A DNA stretch of 64,000 nucleotides from an uncultured Chlamydiae bacterium. Lineage in GTDB: Bacteria; Chlamydiota; Chlamydiia; Chlamydiales; JAJFMB01. Numbering within the stretch: position 1 is the stretch's first letter; every line of letters begins with the position of its first letter. Under the pieces are notes generated by a model. That model was not told where the DNA came from and did not search any database. It saw only the letters and a program-made list of their open reading frames with translations. The translations under genes were made by a program, and so were the position numbers. Location: contig CAVOJR010000001.1 in NCBI GenBank assembly GCA_963696295.1, positions 1,376,001 through 1,440,000 of the forward strand, read 5' to 3'. This document shows, piece after piece, positions 37,746-47,223 of the stretch.

Positions 37746-39132
37746 CTTCACCTCCCAATTGGGGATATACTTCACTTTCTAAAAATTCCTCAACTTGCTG
37801 AGGGGCTCTTCCGACAAAATGGGTCACATTGGATAGCGTTTGCAGATCCTCTTCGCTCAAGTCAAAAGCGGGATCATTGGCAATCCTTTTTAAAAGGTCG
37901 TTTTCTTCGCCGTTTTTGACCTGTTCCGCAACGGCCATGCTATACTTTCGCATTTTTTCGTGCAGCGTTTGCCTGTCTTTGCCTTTTTTTACCGCTGCCA
38001 TCAAGATGCTTTCGGTCGCTAAAAAGGGAATCTCTTCCATGACATGCTTCTCGATCATTTTTGGCCAGATCTTTAGGTGGGAAGTGATGTGAAGCAGAAG
38101 ATTTAAGAGGGCGTCGGCTGTCATAAAGGCGTCAGGCAGGCATAGCCGTCTATTTGCCGAATCGTCCAAAGTGCGCTCCAGCCACTGCGTAGCGGCTGTA
38201 TAGAGAGGGTTTTCGTTGAGGGAGATCAAATAGCGGGAAAGAGAGCAAACCCTTTCAGACAAAATGGGATTTTGTTTATAGGGCATAGCGGAAGAACCCA
38301 CCTGCTTCTTTTCAAAGGGTTCTGAGATCTCCTTGAGGTGGGCCAAAAGGCGCAAATCGGTTGCAAACTTATGAGCGCTTGCGGCAAAGCCTGCAAGGGC
38401 GGAGACGATTTGCACATCTTGTTTGCGCGTATAGGTTTGCCCGGAAATCAGGTAGTTGTTTTTGAAGCCCATTTTCTCGCTTAGGAATTGATCGAGGCTC
38501 TTTACTTTATCGTGGTTTTGATCGAAAAGAGCGAGGAAGGAGGCTTGTGTGCCTGTCGCCCCTTTTGCTCCCAGAAATCGTATGTTCTCAATCCTGTGCT
38601 GCCATTCTGTCCAGTCGATCAAAAAATCCTGGATCCACAAACAGGCGCGTTTGCCAACTGTGGTCAATTGCGCCGGCTGCAAGTGGGTATAGCCCAGACA
38701 GGCTAAAGAGGCGTGTTCTTTGGCAAACTGGCAAAGCTGCCTGATCACCGTCTTTAATTTGGGCAACAACAGCTTAAAACCCTCTCTCATCTGTATGAGA
38801 TCGGTATTATCCGTCAAATAGCATGAAGTCGCGCCCAAGTGGATGATGGGCCTAGCTTCCGGACATTGGTCTCCATAGGCGTGAATGTGGGCCATGACAT
38901 CATGGTGCAGCTGATTTTCGTAGGTATTGACTCTTTCGAAATCGATATCTTCAATATGGGCGTTTAATTCGGCGATTTGCGCGTTAGTGATAGGTAATCC
39001 CAGCTCTTTTTGTCCCTCCGCCAGAGCCGCCCAGAGTTTGCGCCAGGTAGAATGTTTGTATTGAGCGGAAAAAAGCTCCGACATCTCTTTTGAGGCGTAG
39101 CGGACAGATAGAGGGCTTTGATATTGTTTCAT
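37729..39132 (-). CDS. purB: Adenylosuccinate lyase
   Basis: SPLSVRY, HDVMAH, GATS, THLQPAQ and GSSAMPYKQNP. Confidence 0.95.
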   Translation of the reverse strand: MKQYQSPLSVRYASKEMSELFSAQYKHSTWRKLWAALAEGQKELGLPITNAQIAELNAHIEDIDFERVNTYENQLHHDVMAHIHAYGDQCPEARPIIHLGATSCYLTDNTDLIQMREGFKLLLPKLKTVIRQLCQFAKEHASLACLGYTHLQPAQLTTVGKRACLWIQDFLIDWTEWQHRIENIRFLGAKGATGTQASFLALFDQNHDKVKSLDQFLSEKMGFKNNYLISGQTYTRKQDVQIVSALAGFAASAHKFATDLRLLAHLKEISEPFEKKQVGSSAMPYKQNPILSERVCSLSRYLISLNENPLYTAATQWLERTLDDSANRRLCLPDAFMTADALLNLLLHITSHLKIWPKMIEKHVMEEIPFLATESILMAAVKKGKDRQTLHEKMRKYSMAVAEQVKNGEENDLLKRIANDPAFDLSEEDLQTLSNVTHFVGRAPQQVEEFLESEVYPQLGGEDDRQR

Positions 39133-39884
39133 ATTTCCATATTGTTGCTTTGACTGACCAGGTGATTTACATGAGCCAGCAAATCATAGATGGTGTTTTT
39201 TTGCTCCCGGGAGATGGAAATGGGCTTTTGGGCCAGCAGGTCGCAGAGGCGCTTCAAATGCTGGATCACTCCCTCGCCGATGTTTTGGCGCCGTTTATCC
39301 ACAATTTTCAAGGGAAATTCGTTGCGGATCAAGGTCAGCAGCTCCGTTTTGGTTTCCCCGTTATATTTTTGGATTATTTCCAGCTTTTTTTCCGCCGGTC
39401 CCGTTCTCGTAGCGAGAGTATAGATCGCCTGCCTTGGCATCGATTCTATTTGCGGTCTTACATTTTTCGGCATGGCGTGGTAAAAATCGTAATATTGCAT
39501 GAAATTGTAAGGGGTTTGCCGGTTGCCGTAGGCTGCCACCAGCCACGAGGAAAAAGCCCCGTCGCGGTAGCGCGTGAGGATGGTGTGAGCTTTTTTGATT
39601 CTCTCTCCATGCAAAATGGCGGCCTGGTTATTAATGGCTTTGACTTCGGAAGTGATGGAGATGAGGGTGTGGAGGTCATTGGAGACGTTCACTTCGTCAG
39701 TGGCATACTCTTTCAGCATGGTTTCGAGAAGATCCTTCTCTTTTTGACTGAGTTCGACCAGACTGAAAATTCCGGAAAATCCCGAGCGGTTGCCCGCAGA
39801 GGACTGATTGGCCATAGCCGTCATTTTTTTAGAGGATTCTTTTATTTTTAATCTTTGGGTCAAAAGCGTATTGACTTTTTCCAT
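39129..39884 (-). CDS. Chlamydial pGP6-D-like (CT583 family) protein
   Basis: LTQR, FSG.F, ITSEVKAINNQA.ILHGERI and YGNRQTPYN; follows parA. Confidence 0.85.
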   Translation of the reverse strand: MEKVNTLLTQRLKIKESSKKMTAMANQSSAGNRSGFSGIFSLVELSQKEKDLLETMLKEYATDEVNVSNDLHTLISITSEVKAINNQAAILHGERIKKAHTILTRYRDGAFSSWLVAAYGNRQTPYNFMQYYDFYHAMPKNVRPQIESMPRQAIYTLATRTGPAEKKLEIIQKYNGETKTELLTLIRNEFPLKIVDKRRQNIGEGVIQHLKRLCDLLAQKPISISREQKNTIYDLLAHVNHLVSQSNNMEI

Positions 39885-39891
39885 TTCACTC

Positions 39892-40668
39892 CTAATGTAA
39901 AGCGGCTTGACATTGTTTCAGTCGTTTTAAGATCTCTTTGGTCACTTGAATATAGTCTTCGGCAGCCCGGCTGTTCGGGACAGTTTCAAAAACGGGTTTC
40001 CCATAAATGGAGGCTTCAGAGACGCTGATATCGCGGCGGATTTTAGCTTCCAGAACCTTTTGCGGGAAGGTTTTTTCAATCACATCAAGGAAGGCGTCGT
40101 TGCTTTTTCCTCTTCCGTTCCAGAGGGAAAGGAGCACGCCTAAAATGTTTATCGGGTGGCGCTGACTGACGCTTTCGATGAATTGAGAGAGTCTTTCCAG
40201 CCCTTTGATGCTGTAAAATTCCGGCGTGGCGCAAATCAGCGTGTGGTTGGCGGCGATGAGGGCGGATTCGGTGAGCCAGCAAAGGGAGGGAGGGGTGTCG
40301 ATGATCACATAGTCGTAGGTAAGAACGCTTAAAATCTGCTTCAGGCGCTCGTGCGAGTAGCGGTCTGAGGCTAATGAGCCGGTTACTTCGACCCTTTCCA
40401 GCCACGTATCCGCGGGAATCAAATCGAGTTTAGGGATAGATGTCGAGAGGATAACTTCATTGAGGGATTTATTTTCCAGCAGAACTTGAGCTAAGCTGTC
40501 ATACTCGTCCGGATCGAATCCAAGGCCGGTCGTGAGGTTGGCTTGAGCGTCAAAATCGATGAGCAGGACGTTTTTTTTGTGGAATTTGGCCAGTGCTGCG
40601 CCTATGTGCAGGGCGGTGGAGGTTTTGGCGGTTCCCCCCTTAAAGCTGCTTACTGCAATAATCTCCAT
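39892..40668 (-). CDS. parA: ParA/MinD family ATPase
   Basis: SFKGGTAKT, DFDAQANL and IDTPP. Confidence 0.9.
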   Translation of the reverse strand: MEIIAVSSFKGGTAKTSTALHIGAALAKFHKKNVLLIDFDAQANLTTGLGFDPDEYDSLAQVLLENKSLNEVILSTSIPKLDLIPADTWLERVEVTGSLASDRYSHERLKQILSVLTYDYVIIDTPPSLCWLTESALIAANHTLICATPEFYSIKGLERLSQFIESVSQRHPINILGVLLSLWNGRGKSNDAFLDVIEKTFPQKVLEAKIRRDISVSEASIYGKPVFETVPNSRAAEDYIQVTKEILKRLKQCQAALH

Positions 40669-40769
40669 CTTACTTCCTTTTTCCTGTTACTTTAGCGCAA
40701 AAGGCAGATATGGTGCAACAATCAGAAGGTTCTCCCGCGAAATTGCGGGAGAACGGTGTGAGTAATTGC

Positions 40770-41570
40770 TTATTCCAGCTCGCGATCCGCAAAGAATTCC
40801 ATCGCTTCTGCCATGAACTCGGCAAGTTTAGGGTGGAACGGGTCGAGCTGTTTCCTGTATTCAGGATGAGCGCGGTAAAGCTGGGCGTAAGCCTTGTATA
40901 CCGCTTTTGGGGCAGCATGAAAGCGCCCGGCAAAAGTGTGGTGCTTTTTGATGAGCTTCTGAACCTCTACTGAAGTGGGTTTCAGCCCTTTTTCAAGGAG
41001 TTGAGCCATTTTGCTCATAATCCCCTTGCTTTCTCTTTCAATCTCTTCATATTCGGCTTGCGTCCTCTGTTTCCCTTCATCTTTGATGTTTTCTAAGAGT
41101 ATGGCTTCAGCCTCTTTGGTAGGTCCGTAAGGTTTAGTGGCGTCTCCGATGTAATAGGATTCGCTCCCTTTGCCTTTTGCCCACAGATTAAAACCGTAAA
41201 AAATGTCTTTTTCTTGCATTTTTTTCTTTCCTTCTAAATGGTTGATTGTTTTATCAACGGTCTTAATCAGTTGTCCGATTTTTTTCCACTCCCGGACTAA
41301 GGCATTTTTGTGAGTGTGTAAAGCTGCCAGCTGGTCAAATTCGCTTCGCCCCATGACTTTTTGAATTTGCTTGAGCGTAAAACCGAGCTCCTTAAAGAAC
41401 AAGATTTGTTGTAGCTGCAGCAATTCTCTCTCTTCGTAATACCGATACCCATTTTCACCGTAATAGGCCGGTTTTAGAAGACCTGCTTCTTCATAAAAAT
41501 GCAGGGTTCTGACGGTTACCCCGGAGAGTGCGCTTAATCTTTTAACTGTATAGGCCATTGATTCCTCCAT
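40770..41570 (-). CDS. MerR-family regulator with TipAS-like C-terminal domain (Mta/TipA-like)
   Basis: YTVKRLSALSGVTVRTLHFYE, GYRYY and LQQILFFKELGF; C-terminus PKLAEFMAEAM. Confidence 0.9.
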   Translation of the reverse strand: MEESMAYTVKRLSALSGVTVRTLHFYEEAGLLKPAYYGENGYRYYEERELLQLQQILFFKELGFTLKQIQKVMGRSEFDQLAALHTHKNALVREWKKIGQLIKTVDKTINHLEGKKKMQEKDIFYGFNLWAKGKGSESYYIGDATKPYGPTKEAEAILLENIKDEGKQRTQAEYEEIERESKGIMSKMAQLLEKGLKPTSVEVQKLIKKHHTFAGRFHAAPKAVYKAYAQLYRAHPEYRKQLDPFHPKLAEFMAEAMEFFADRELE

Positions 41571-41605
41571 CCTTTACTATCCCTTTGATCTTAAAGGATG
41601 AATCC

Positions 41606-41637
41606 ATTATACACAATGACGTATACGTTAGTGTCAA
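41606..41637 (-). promoter_or_regulatory. MerR-type long-spacer promoter/operator
   Basis: TTGACA-20nt-TATAAT with dyad ACGTATACGT in the spacer, upstream of the MerR gene. Confidence 0.75.
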
Positions 41638-41702
41638 CAGGGGGATTTGTCTTATTCTAAAAAAAGCGACAATGGTGAGATTAGGCGAAAAAAAGAGTCA
41701 CT

Positions 41703-42050
41703 CTAGTAAGACTTGCCGTATTTGATGAAAAGCAGAGGAAAGCCGAGGCAGTGTTGTTTGCTTGGCGTGCCGTCCATTTAAAACAAACGTGGGAAACTGG
41801 AGGTGCAGTTCAAGAAACCGCTTCTGATTGCCTCTCCGCTAGAGCTCTTTCCCGATCACAAAGTCAGGGCCGATTGACAAACAGGAGCTGATCTCCAAGA
41901 CCTAAGCCGAGGTAGGGGGAAGTCTCATGCGGCTTCAAATAATAATGACCTGTGAGATGCCCCTGGATGACTCCAACGTTGTAGTCATATCCCCATTGTT
42001 GCGAACAGCGATTCCTATATAGGGCTAACAAAAATAGGGATAGGCTGCAT
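41703..42050 (-). pseudogene. Decayed outer-membrane-protein-like gene
   Basis: Broken frames read WGYDYNVG..SPYLGLGLG / DFVIGKEL*..RFLELHLQFPT / PLLFIKYGKSY*, with an alternating beta-strand pattern. Confidence 0.35.
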
Positions 42051-42066
42051 TAAAGGCAATAACACT

Positions 42067-43982
42067 TTAGTAAGGCGATTCAAGGGCTCTTTCATCCCGT
42101 TCTTTAGCGATCTTCTCGATAAACTCGGGGAGGGAGACCTCTCCGTGCACGATGTTATTGCGGGTGCGCAAACCGACCGTCTTGTGCTCGCACTCCTGAT
42201 CTCCCACGGTGAGGATGTAGTTGATCTGGGCGAGCTGGGCGTTGCGCACTTTTTTGCCGACTGATTCGCTGGACTGGTCGAGGTCGCAGTGAAAGCCGGC
42301 TTTTTTCAAGGCGCTTAAAACTTCCTCGGCATAAGGCTGATGCCGGTCGGCCACCGTCAGGATGCGCACCTGCAGCGGGCTTAACCAAAGGGGGAAGCGG
42401 CCGGCGAAGTGCTCGATCAATATCCCGAAGAAGCGCTCGATGGAGCCAAAAATGGCCCGGTGGATCATGACGGGGCGTTTGCGGGTCCCGTCGCTTGCGC
42501 TATATTCGAGCTCAAATTTTTCGGGAAGAGCCATGTCGAGCTGGATCGTGCCGCATTGCCAGGTGCGGTTTAAGGCGTCGCGGATGTGAAAATCGATTTT
42601 CGGCCCGTAAAATGCGCCGTCCCCTTCATTGATTTTGTAGGGGCGCTTCCATTTCGTCCAGCGCGTCTTTCAAACCGTGAGTGGCCACTTCCCACTCTGC
42701 GTCAGTGCCGATGGTGCCTTTTTCAGGCTTGGTGGAAAGCTCCAGGTGGTACTGCAGTCCGAAAGTGCCGTAAATGAGGTCCGCGAGCCGGATGGCGCCG
42801 AGGATTTCACTTTTGATCTCTTCCGGCTTCATGAAAATATGGGCATCGTCCTGGTGGAAGCTGCGCACGCGGAACAGGCCGGAGAGGGAGCCTGAGGGTT
42901 CATAGCGGTGGACGTTGCCGATCTCGGCCAGGCGCAAAGGCAGTTCGCGGTAGCTGTGCACGTGCATTTTGTAAAAAAGCATGCAGCCGGGGCAGTTCAT
43001 CGGTTTGATGGCGAAATCGTGCTTTTCGATTTGCGAAGTGAACATGTTTTCGCGGTAGTTTTTCCAGTGTCCGGAACGCTCCCATAGCTCGCGCGTGATC
43101 ATGACAGGCGTTTTTATTTCGACATAGCCGGCCTTATCGATCGTGCTCGCGCAAGAAGGCGAGGAGCTGATTCCAGACGATCATTCCTTTGGGGTGGATG
43201 AAGGGCATGCCGGCCGCTTCTTCGTTCAAAGAGAAAAGGTCGAGCTTGGGGCCCAGGATTTTATGGTCCCGTTTTTTGGCTTCTTCCAGGAAGGTGAGAT
43301 AATTTTTTAATTGCTTCCGGTCGGGGAAGGTGATGCCGTAAATGCGTGTGAGCATCTCATTTTCCGAATCTCCCCGCCAATAAGCCCCTGATGTTTTCAG
43401 GATTTTGAGCGCTTTGATTTTTCCGAGATTGAACAGGTGGGGTCCGCGGCACAGGTCGAAAAACTCCCCTTGCCGGTAGCCTGTCAGTTCATCTCCTGGA
43501 GCAAAACTGTTGATCAGCTCGCATTTGTATTCGTTGGAGGCAAAGGCGTTTAAGGCAGCCTGTTTGTCTGGGAAGACTTCCCTTTTGGACTGGTAGTTTT
43601 CCGCCACGATCGCCTGCATCTCCTTTTCTATCATCGGGAAATCGGCATCGGAGATGTGGAGATTCGCAAAATCGTAATAGAATCCGGCTTCGATCGGGGG
43701 CCCGATGGTCGGTTTTGCTTCGGGAAAAAGGCGCAGGATGGCCTGGGCCAGAACGTGGGCCGAAGTGTGCCAAAAAACTTCTTTACCTTCTTTGTCGTCG
43801 AAACTCCAAAAGTGAACCCGGTCCCCATCTTTCAGAGGAGTGCTTAAATCGCGCGTCGTTCCGTTAATCTCGGCTGAAAGGGCTTGATTGGGGGCGTTTA
43901 AATTCAGCTTTTCAGCTAAGTCTTTAGCTGTGCAGCCTTCCGGCAGTTCAACGGATGATTGGTCTTTTAATTTGATATGCAT
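42067..43982 (-). pseudogene. thrS: Threonine-tRNA ligase, split by two +1 frameshifts (real or sequencing error)
   Basis: TGS domain, HTSAH, DLCRGPH, KPMNCP, GAFYGPKID and MIHRAIFGS lie in three frames; shifts at about 43140 and about 42653. Confidence 0.9.
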
Positions 43983-44038
43983 ATGGAACAGATTCCCTTA
44001 AAATGGCGATTATCATAAATTAAGAGAGTATATAGCGA

Positions 44039-46843
44039 GTGAGAATATTTGTCATGATTTCTTTGGTTAAAGTGCAACCCGACTCCCCAGAATTTTACCC
44101 CGAAACCTTCCATCTTGTCGCAAGGCAGAGAAAAAAGGGAAGCTCCGTTGAGGAGGCGATTCTCGAAGATTACGACGCTCTGTCTAAAGACCTGGATGAA
44201 ACGGCCTTTCAAGAGAGCTGTTCCGTGCGGAATGTCTTAAGCTCCCGGGCTATTGCCGCCTTATTGATTGATGAGGAGGGTCGTCTGAATGACGCCCTTC
44301 TTTCGGAAGCGGTTAAAATTTTGCAAGGCTCCCTTTATTCTCTAGGTCCTGAGCGGCAGTTTGACGCTCAAAGACAGGAGCAAATTTTGCGGTCTCTGGA
44401 GAAATTGCAGAGCGAAAAAGAGTTAAAAAAAATATTAATTGGAGTTTCCAGGCCTCATCAGCATAAATATGCCGATCAGATCATTCGCAGCACCCTCGAT
44501 CTCCCCCCTTTTACGGCGGTGACCGACGCGCATGCGCGGCGCGCTGTTTTGGCGGCCTGGATGGGATATTTGCGGCAAAATGTGGGTTCCTGTTTTGCGA
44601 CGGCCCCGGCCATTATCGTACACAATGAGCAGCCTCATCAGTTTCTGCAGGATGTCTCCGACATGCTGGCTACGGGCCGTTTGAACCGCGTTTTTGGCGG
44701 CAACGAGTACTCGGTTCCGCTGAGCGCAAGCTGGGGCAAGGGGGACTTGAAAAAACCTGTTCTGATCCAAAGGGGAAAAGAGGGGATTTCTCCCCGAATC
44801 TGGAAATCGCCCGGTTTGCAAAAGGCTTTGGAAGCGGTTGGGGTTAAGATGGATGAGAGTCTCATCCAGAGGGTGTTGAGCGATGAGCCGGAGCTGTTTT
44901 TCACCGATGCCGAGGAGATTATCAAACGGATTTTGCTGCGCCAGTTGAAGATTACCCTTGAGGAATTGGAAGAGGAGGAAAATCGCCCCAGGCCGTCGAG
45001 ATTAGTTCAGGCTCCGGCGAACCGGTTCAAAGTGTTTTATGATAAGTTCGAACTGGCCTGCAACGCCTTTAAAGCCCTTTCCGAAAATGCTCTGCTAAAG
45101 GCCTGGGAGTTTACGATGGCTTCGTTTGCCGAGACCAAGCAAGAGTTTGCCAAGTGGAATCTTTACTCAAGCCTAGGTTTGAAACCGGACGAAAAAGGAG
45201 GCATCGGCTATTGCATTTATCGCATTCTGCAGGAAAAACTGGAAAGATATAACGCCAAGACAAAGGACTTGCAGGCCCAGTATGAACAGCTTTATACCCA
45301 TTTAAAGCATCTCGAAGGGCGCATGCGCCGCGCTTCAGAGGATGAGATTAAGTGGCTGAAAATCGAGTATCAGACGAGAAGCAGCGAATTTTATTCCGTG
45401 GAAGAGATGCGCAACAGCCATCATCAAAAAGCGCAGAAAATCGCCGGTCTCTACGATGTTTTGATCAACCATTATTTTCGCCTCTTCCCCGGTTATTTCC
45501 AGGAGGTTTACGACCCCGATATGCAAGATGTAGAAGCCGGGCCCTTCGATGACAGCCCGGCCGGATTCCGGCTGCTTTACAAATATGGGCGCTCCAACAC
45601 GTCGCAATGGACGATGATCCGCAATGCCGACGAGTATATCGATTCGCTCGTCGCTTTTTTTACCTCCAGCGAAACGGAAATAGCCTCTGCTCCCGATATG
45701 GAGGGAATGCAGGAGGAATTGGTGCAGATCGTCACCGATATCGTCACTCACGTCAGAACCAGGGAATTTCTGGAAAGCTCCTTTTATCGCATGGCTCTCG
45801 CGCATAACACTCAGCCGGTCGAGAACCCCCTGGAAAATTTGGATAAGATCACCAAAAAGCCCTGGGTTTACACTTCGGGCGGCGCGATGGCCCCTCTGGT
45901 CAGCACTTATTTCAGGCGGGAGGAGAAACCACTGGATATGGAAACCTGGGCAGAGAATCCCATGGAGCTGCTGGTTTTTCTGGTGGATACGATGAAGCAG
46001 CTTCCCCCAAAGGTAAGCCAGCGGGAATTCCACTCCTTTCTCATGCATTCCCCGACCCACGCCTTCTTGCTCAAACCGAAATTTCAGCTTTTTTTGCAGG
46101 CGTGCCAAAGCGAGGATTTCACCTATACCTGGCTCAGGGATCGGGCCATTGAGCCGATGCGCCAGTTCGTCCATCAGCTGATACTCGATGAAGAGATGAT
46201 GGAATATCTGCTCGAAAAGTTAAAAAAACGCCTTCCGGAGCGCTTCTTCCACTATTTTTCAAGGAGCCGGCTGATTAATTTATATGGAAAAATGGCGCCT
46301 AAAGAGTTTCGGAATATCCTTTTGGAGCACTTTAAGGGGGATTTCGGGCTGCTTAACGCCGAAGCGGTCGACAGCGAGCTATATTCGCTGCTGCCTCTTT
46401 TTCGCAGTTCTGATTTAAAACAGCGTTTAAAGGACATTTTTAACGATTTGATGCCGGCCGAAAGCGAGATTGAAGAGGTTTGCGAAGCCATAGGATCTTA
46501 TCGCATGATGGATGCTAAAATGCTGCGGAACATCTGCCTTTCCATACTGTGCTACAAATTGAAAAAGACAAGGACAAAGACAGATTACCAATGGGAAGTG
46601 GCCCAAGCGGCGAGAAAACACGGCTACGCCCTGCCGCTCCCCATTATTTTCGCCGACACCAACTGGGTGAAGGATTATTTCGGATTTGTTTATAATCCGA
46701 TGACTGAAGAGCTTGGGTTGTGGCGGGTCGATTATACCGGTACGGAGGGGGCGCCGATGCACAGCTGGACGAAGTGGGTGGACGGCAGCGCGAAGCATCC
46801 GAAGTGGGGAGTCTATGCGAACCCTCAGGAATATATGGCGTGA
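44039..46843 (+). CDS. Large hypothetical protein
   Basis: 934-aa ORF; motifs LRQNVGSCFATA, HSPTHAF and FADTNW. Confidence 0.8.
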   Translation: MRIFVMISLVKVQPDSPEFYPETFHLVARQRKKGSSVEEAILEDYDALSKDLDETAFQESCSVRNVLSSRAIAALLIDEEGRLNDALLSEAVKILQGSLYSLGPERQFDAQRQEQILRSLEKLQSEKELKKILIGVSRPHQHKYADQIIRSTLDLPPFTAVTDAHARRAVLAAWMGYLRQNVGSCFATAPAIIVHNEQPHQFLQDVSDMLATGRLNRVFGGNEYSVPLSASWGKGDLKKPVLIQRGKEGISPRIWKSPGLQKALEAVGVKMDESLIQRVLSDEPELFFTDAEEIIKRILLRQLKITLEELEEEENRPRPSRLVQAPANRFKVFYDKFELACNAFKALSENALLKAWEFTMASFAETKQEFAKWNLYSSLGLKPDEKGGIGYCIYRILQEKLERYNAKTKDLQAQYEQLYTHLKHLEGRMRRASEDEIKWLKIEYQTRSSEFYSVEEMRNSHHQKAQKIAGLYDVLINHYFRLFPGYFQEVYDPDMQDVEAGPFDDSPAGFRLLYKYGRSNTSQWTMIRNADEYIDSLVAFFTSSETEIASAPDMEGMQEELVQIVTDIVTHVRTREFLESSFYRMALAHNTQPVENPLENLDKITKKPWVYTSGGAMAPLVSTYFRREEKPLDMETWAENPMELLVFLVDTMKQLPPKVSQREFHSFLMHSPTHAFLLKPKFQLFLQACQSEDFTYTWLRDRAIEPMRQFVHQLILDEEMMEYLLEKLKKRLPERFFHYFSRSRLINLYGKMAPKEFRNILLEHFKGDFGLLNAEAVDSELYSLLPLFRSSDLKQRLKDIFNDLMPAESEIEEVCEAIGSYRMMDAKMLRNICLSILCYKLKKTRTKTDYQWEVAQAARKHGYALPLPIIFADTNWVKDYFGFVYNPMTEELGLWRVDYTGTEGAPMHSWTKWVDGSAKHPKWGVYANPQEYMA

Positions 46844-46903
46844 AAAGAAAATTATTGTTTATGATAGAATCAAATAAGCAAGCTTCAAAATGGGAGAAAA
46901 AAT

Positions 46904-47191
46904 ATGCAAAAATTAAAGATTGCTCTTGCCTTAACAATACTGGTGAACGGGGCCGTATTTGCCGAAGAATGTGAAATGGCGGCTGAAGTGATTGAGGAAA
47001 CTCAAGAGTTAGAGGCTTTTAATGAGGAACAGCCTAGCGAACTCAAAGAATTAATTAGCGCTATGAAGCAAGACAGCAGCGTTAATAAAGAGAGAGTCAA
47101 GCGTTTGAAGAAATTGATTCGCGAAAGAGGGTGGAGCAAACACGATAAAGGGAATCAGCCTGCAGCTGAAGCCGTCGAAGAGTCTGTTTAG
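46904..47191 (+). CDS. Small exported hypothetical protein
   Basis: Signal peptide ending AVFA; acidic helical mature region; GGGAG RBS. Confidence 0.65.
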   Translation: MQKLKIALALTILVNGAVFAEECEMAAEVIEETQELEAFNEEQPSELKELISAMKQDSSVNKERVKRLKKLIRERGWSKHDKGNQPAAEAVEESV

Positions 47192-47200
47192 TATTTCGTC

Positions 47201-47222
47201 GAGATGCCCCTCAGGGCATCTC
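47201..47222. terminator. Hairpin between convergent genes
   Basis: GAGATGCCC-CTCA-GGGCATCTC. Confidence 0.55.
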
Positions 47223-47223
47223 A

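Noticed and set aside
39129..40668. Integrated chlamydial plasmid
   Set aside because: parA + pGP6-D next to thrS is the normal chromosomal pair; no plasmid integrase or helicase is present.
44023..44035. 13-bp match (AGAGAGTATATAG) to the reverse strand of the oriC AT-rich tract
   Set aside because: Short and AT-rich; chance or a shared -10-like element cannot be excluded.
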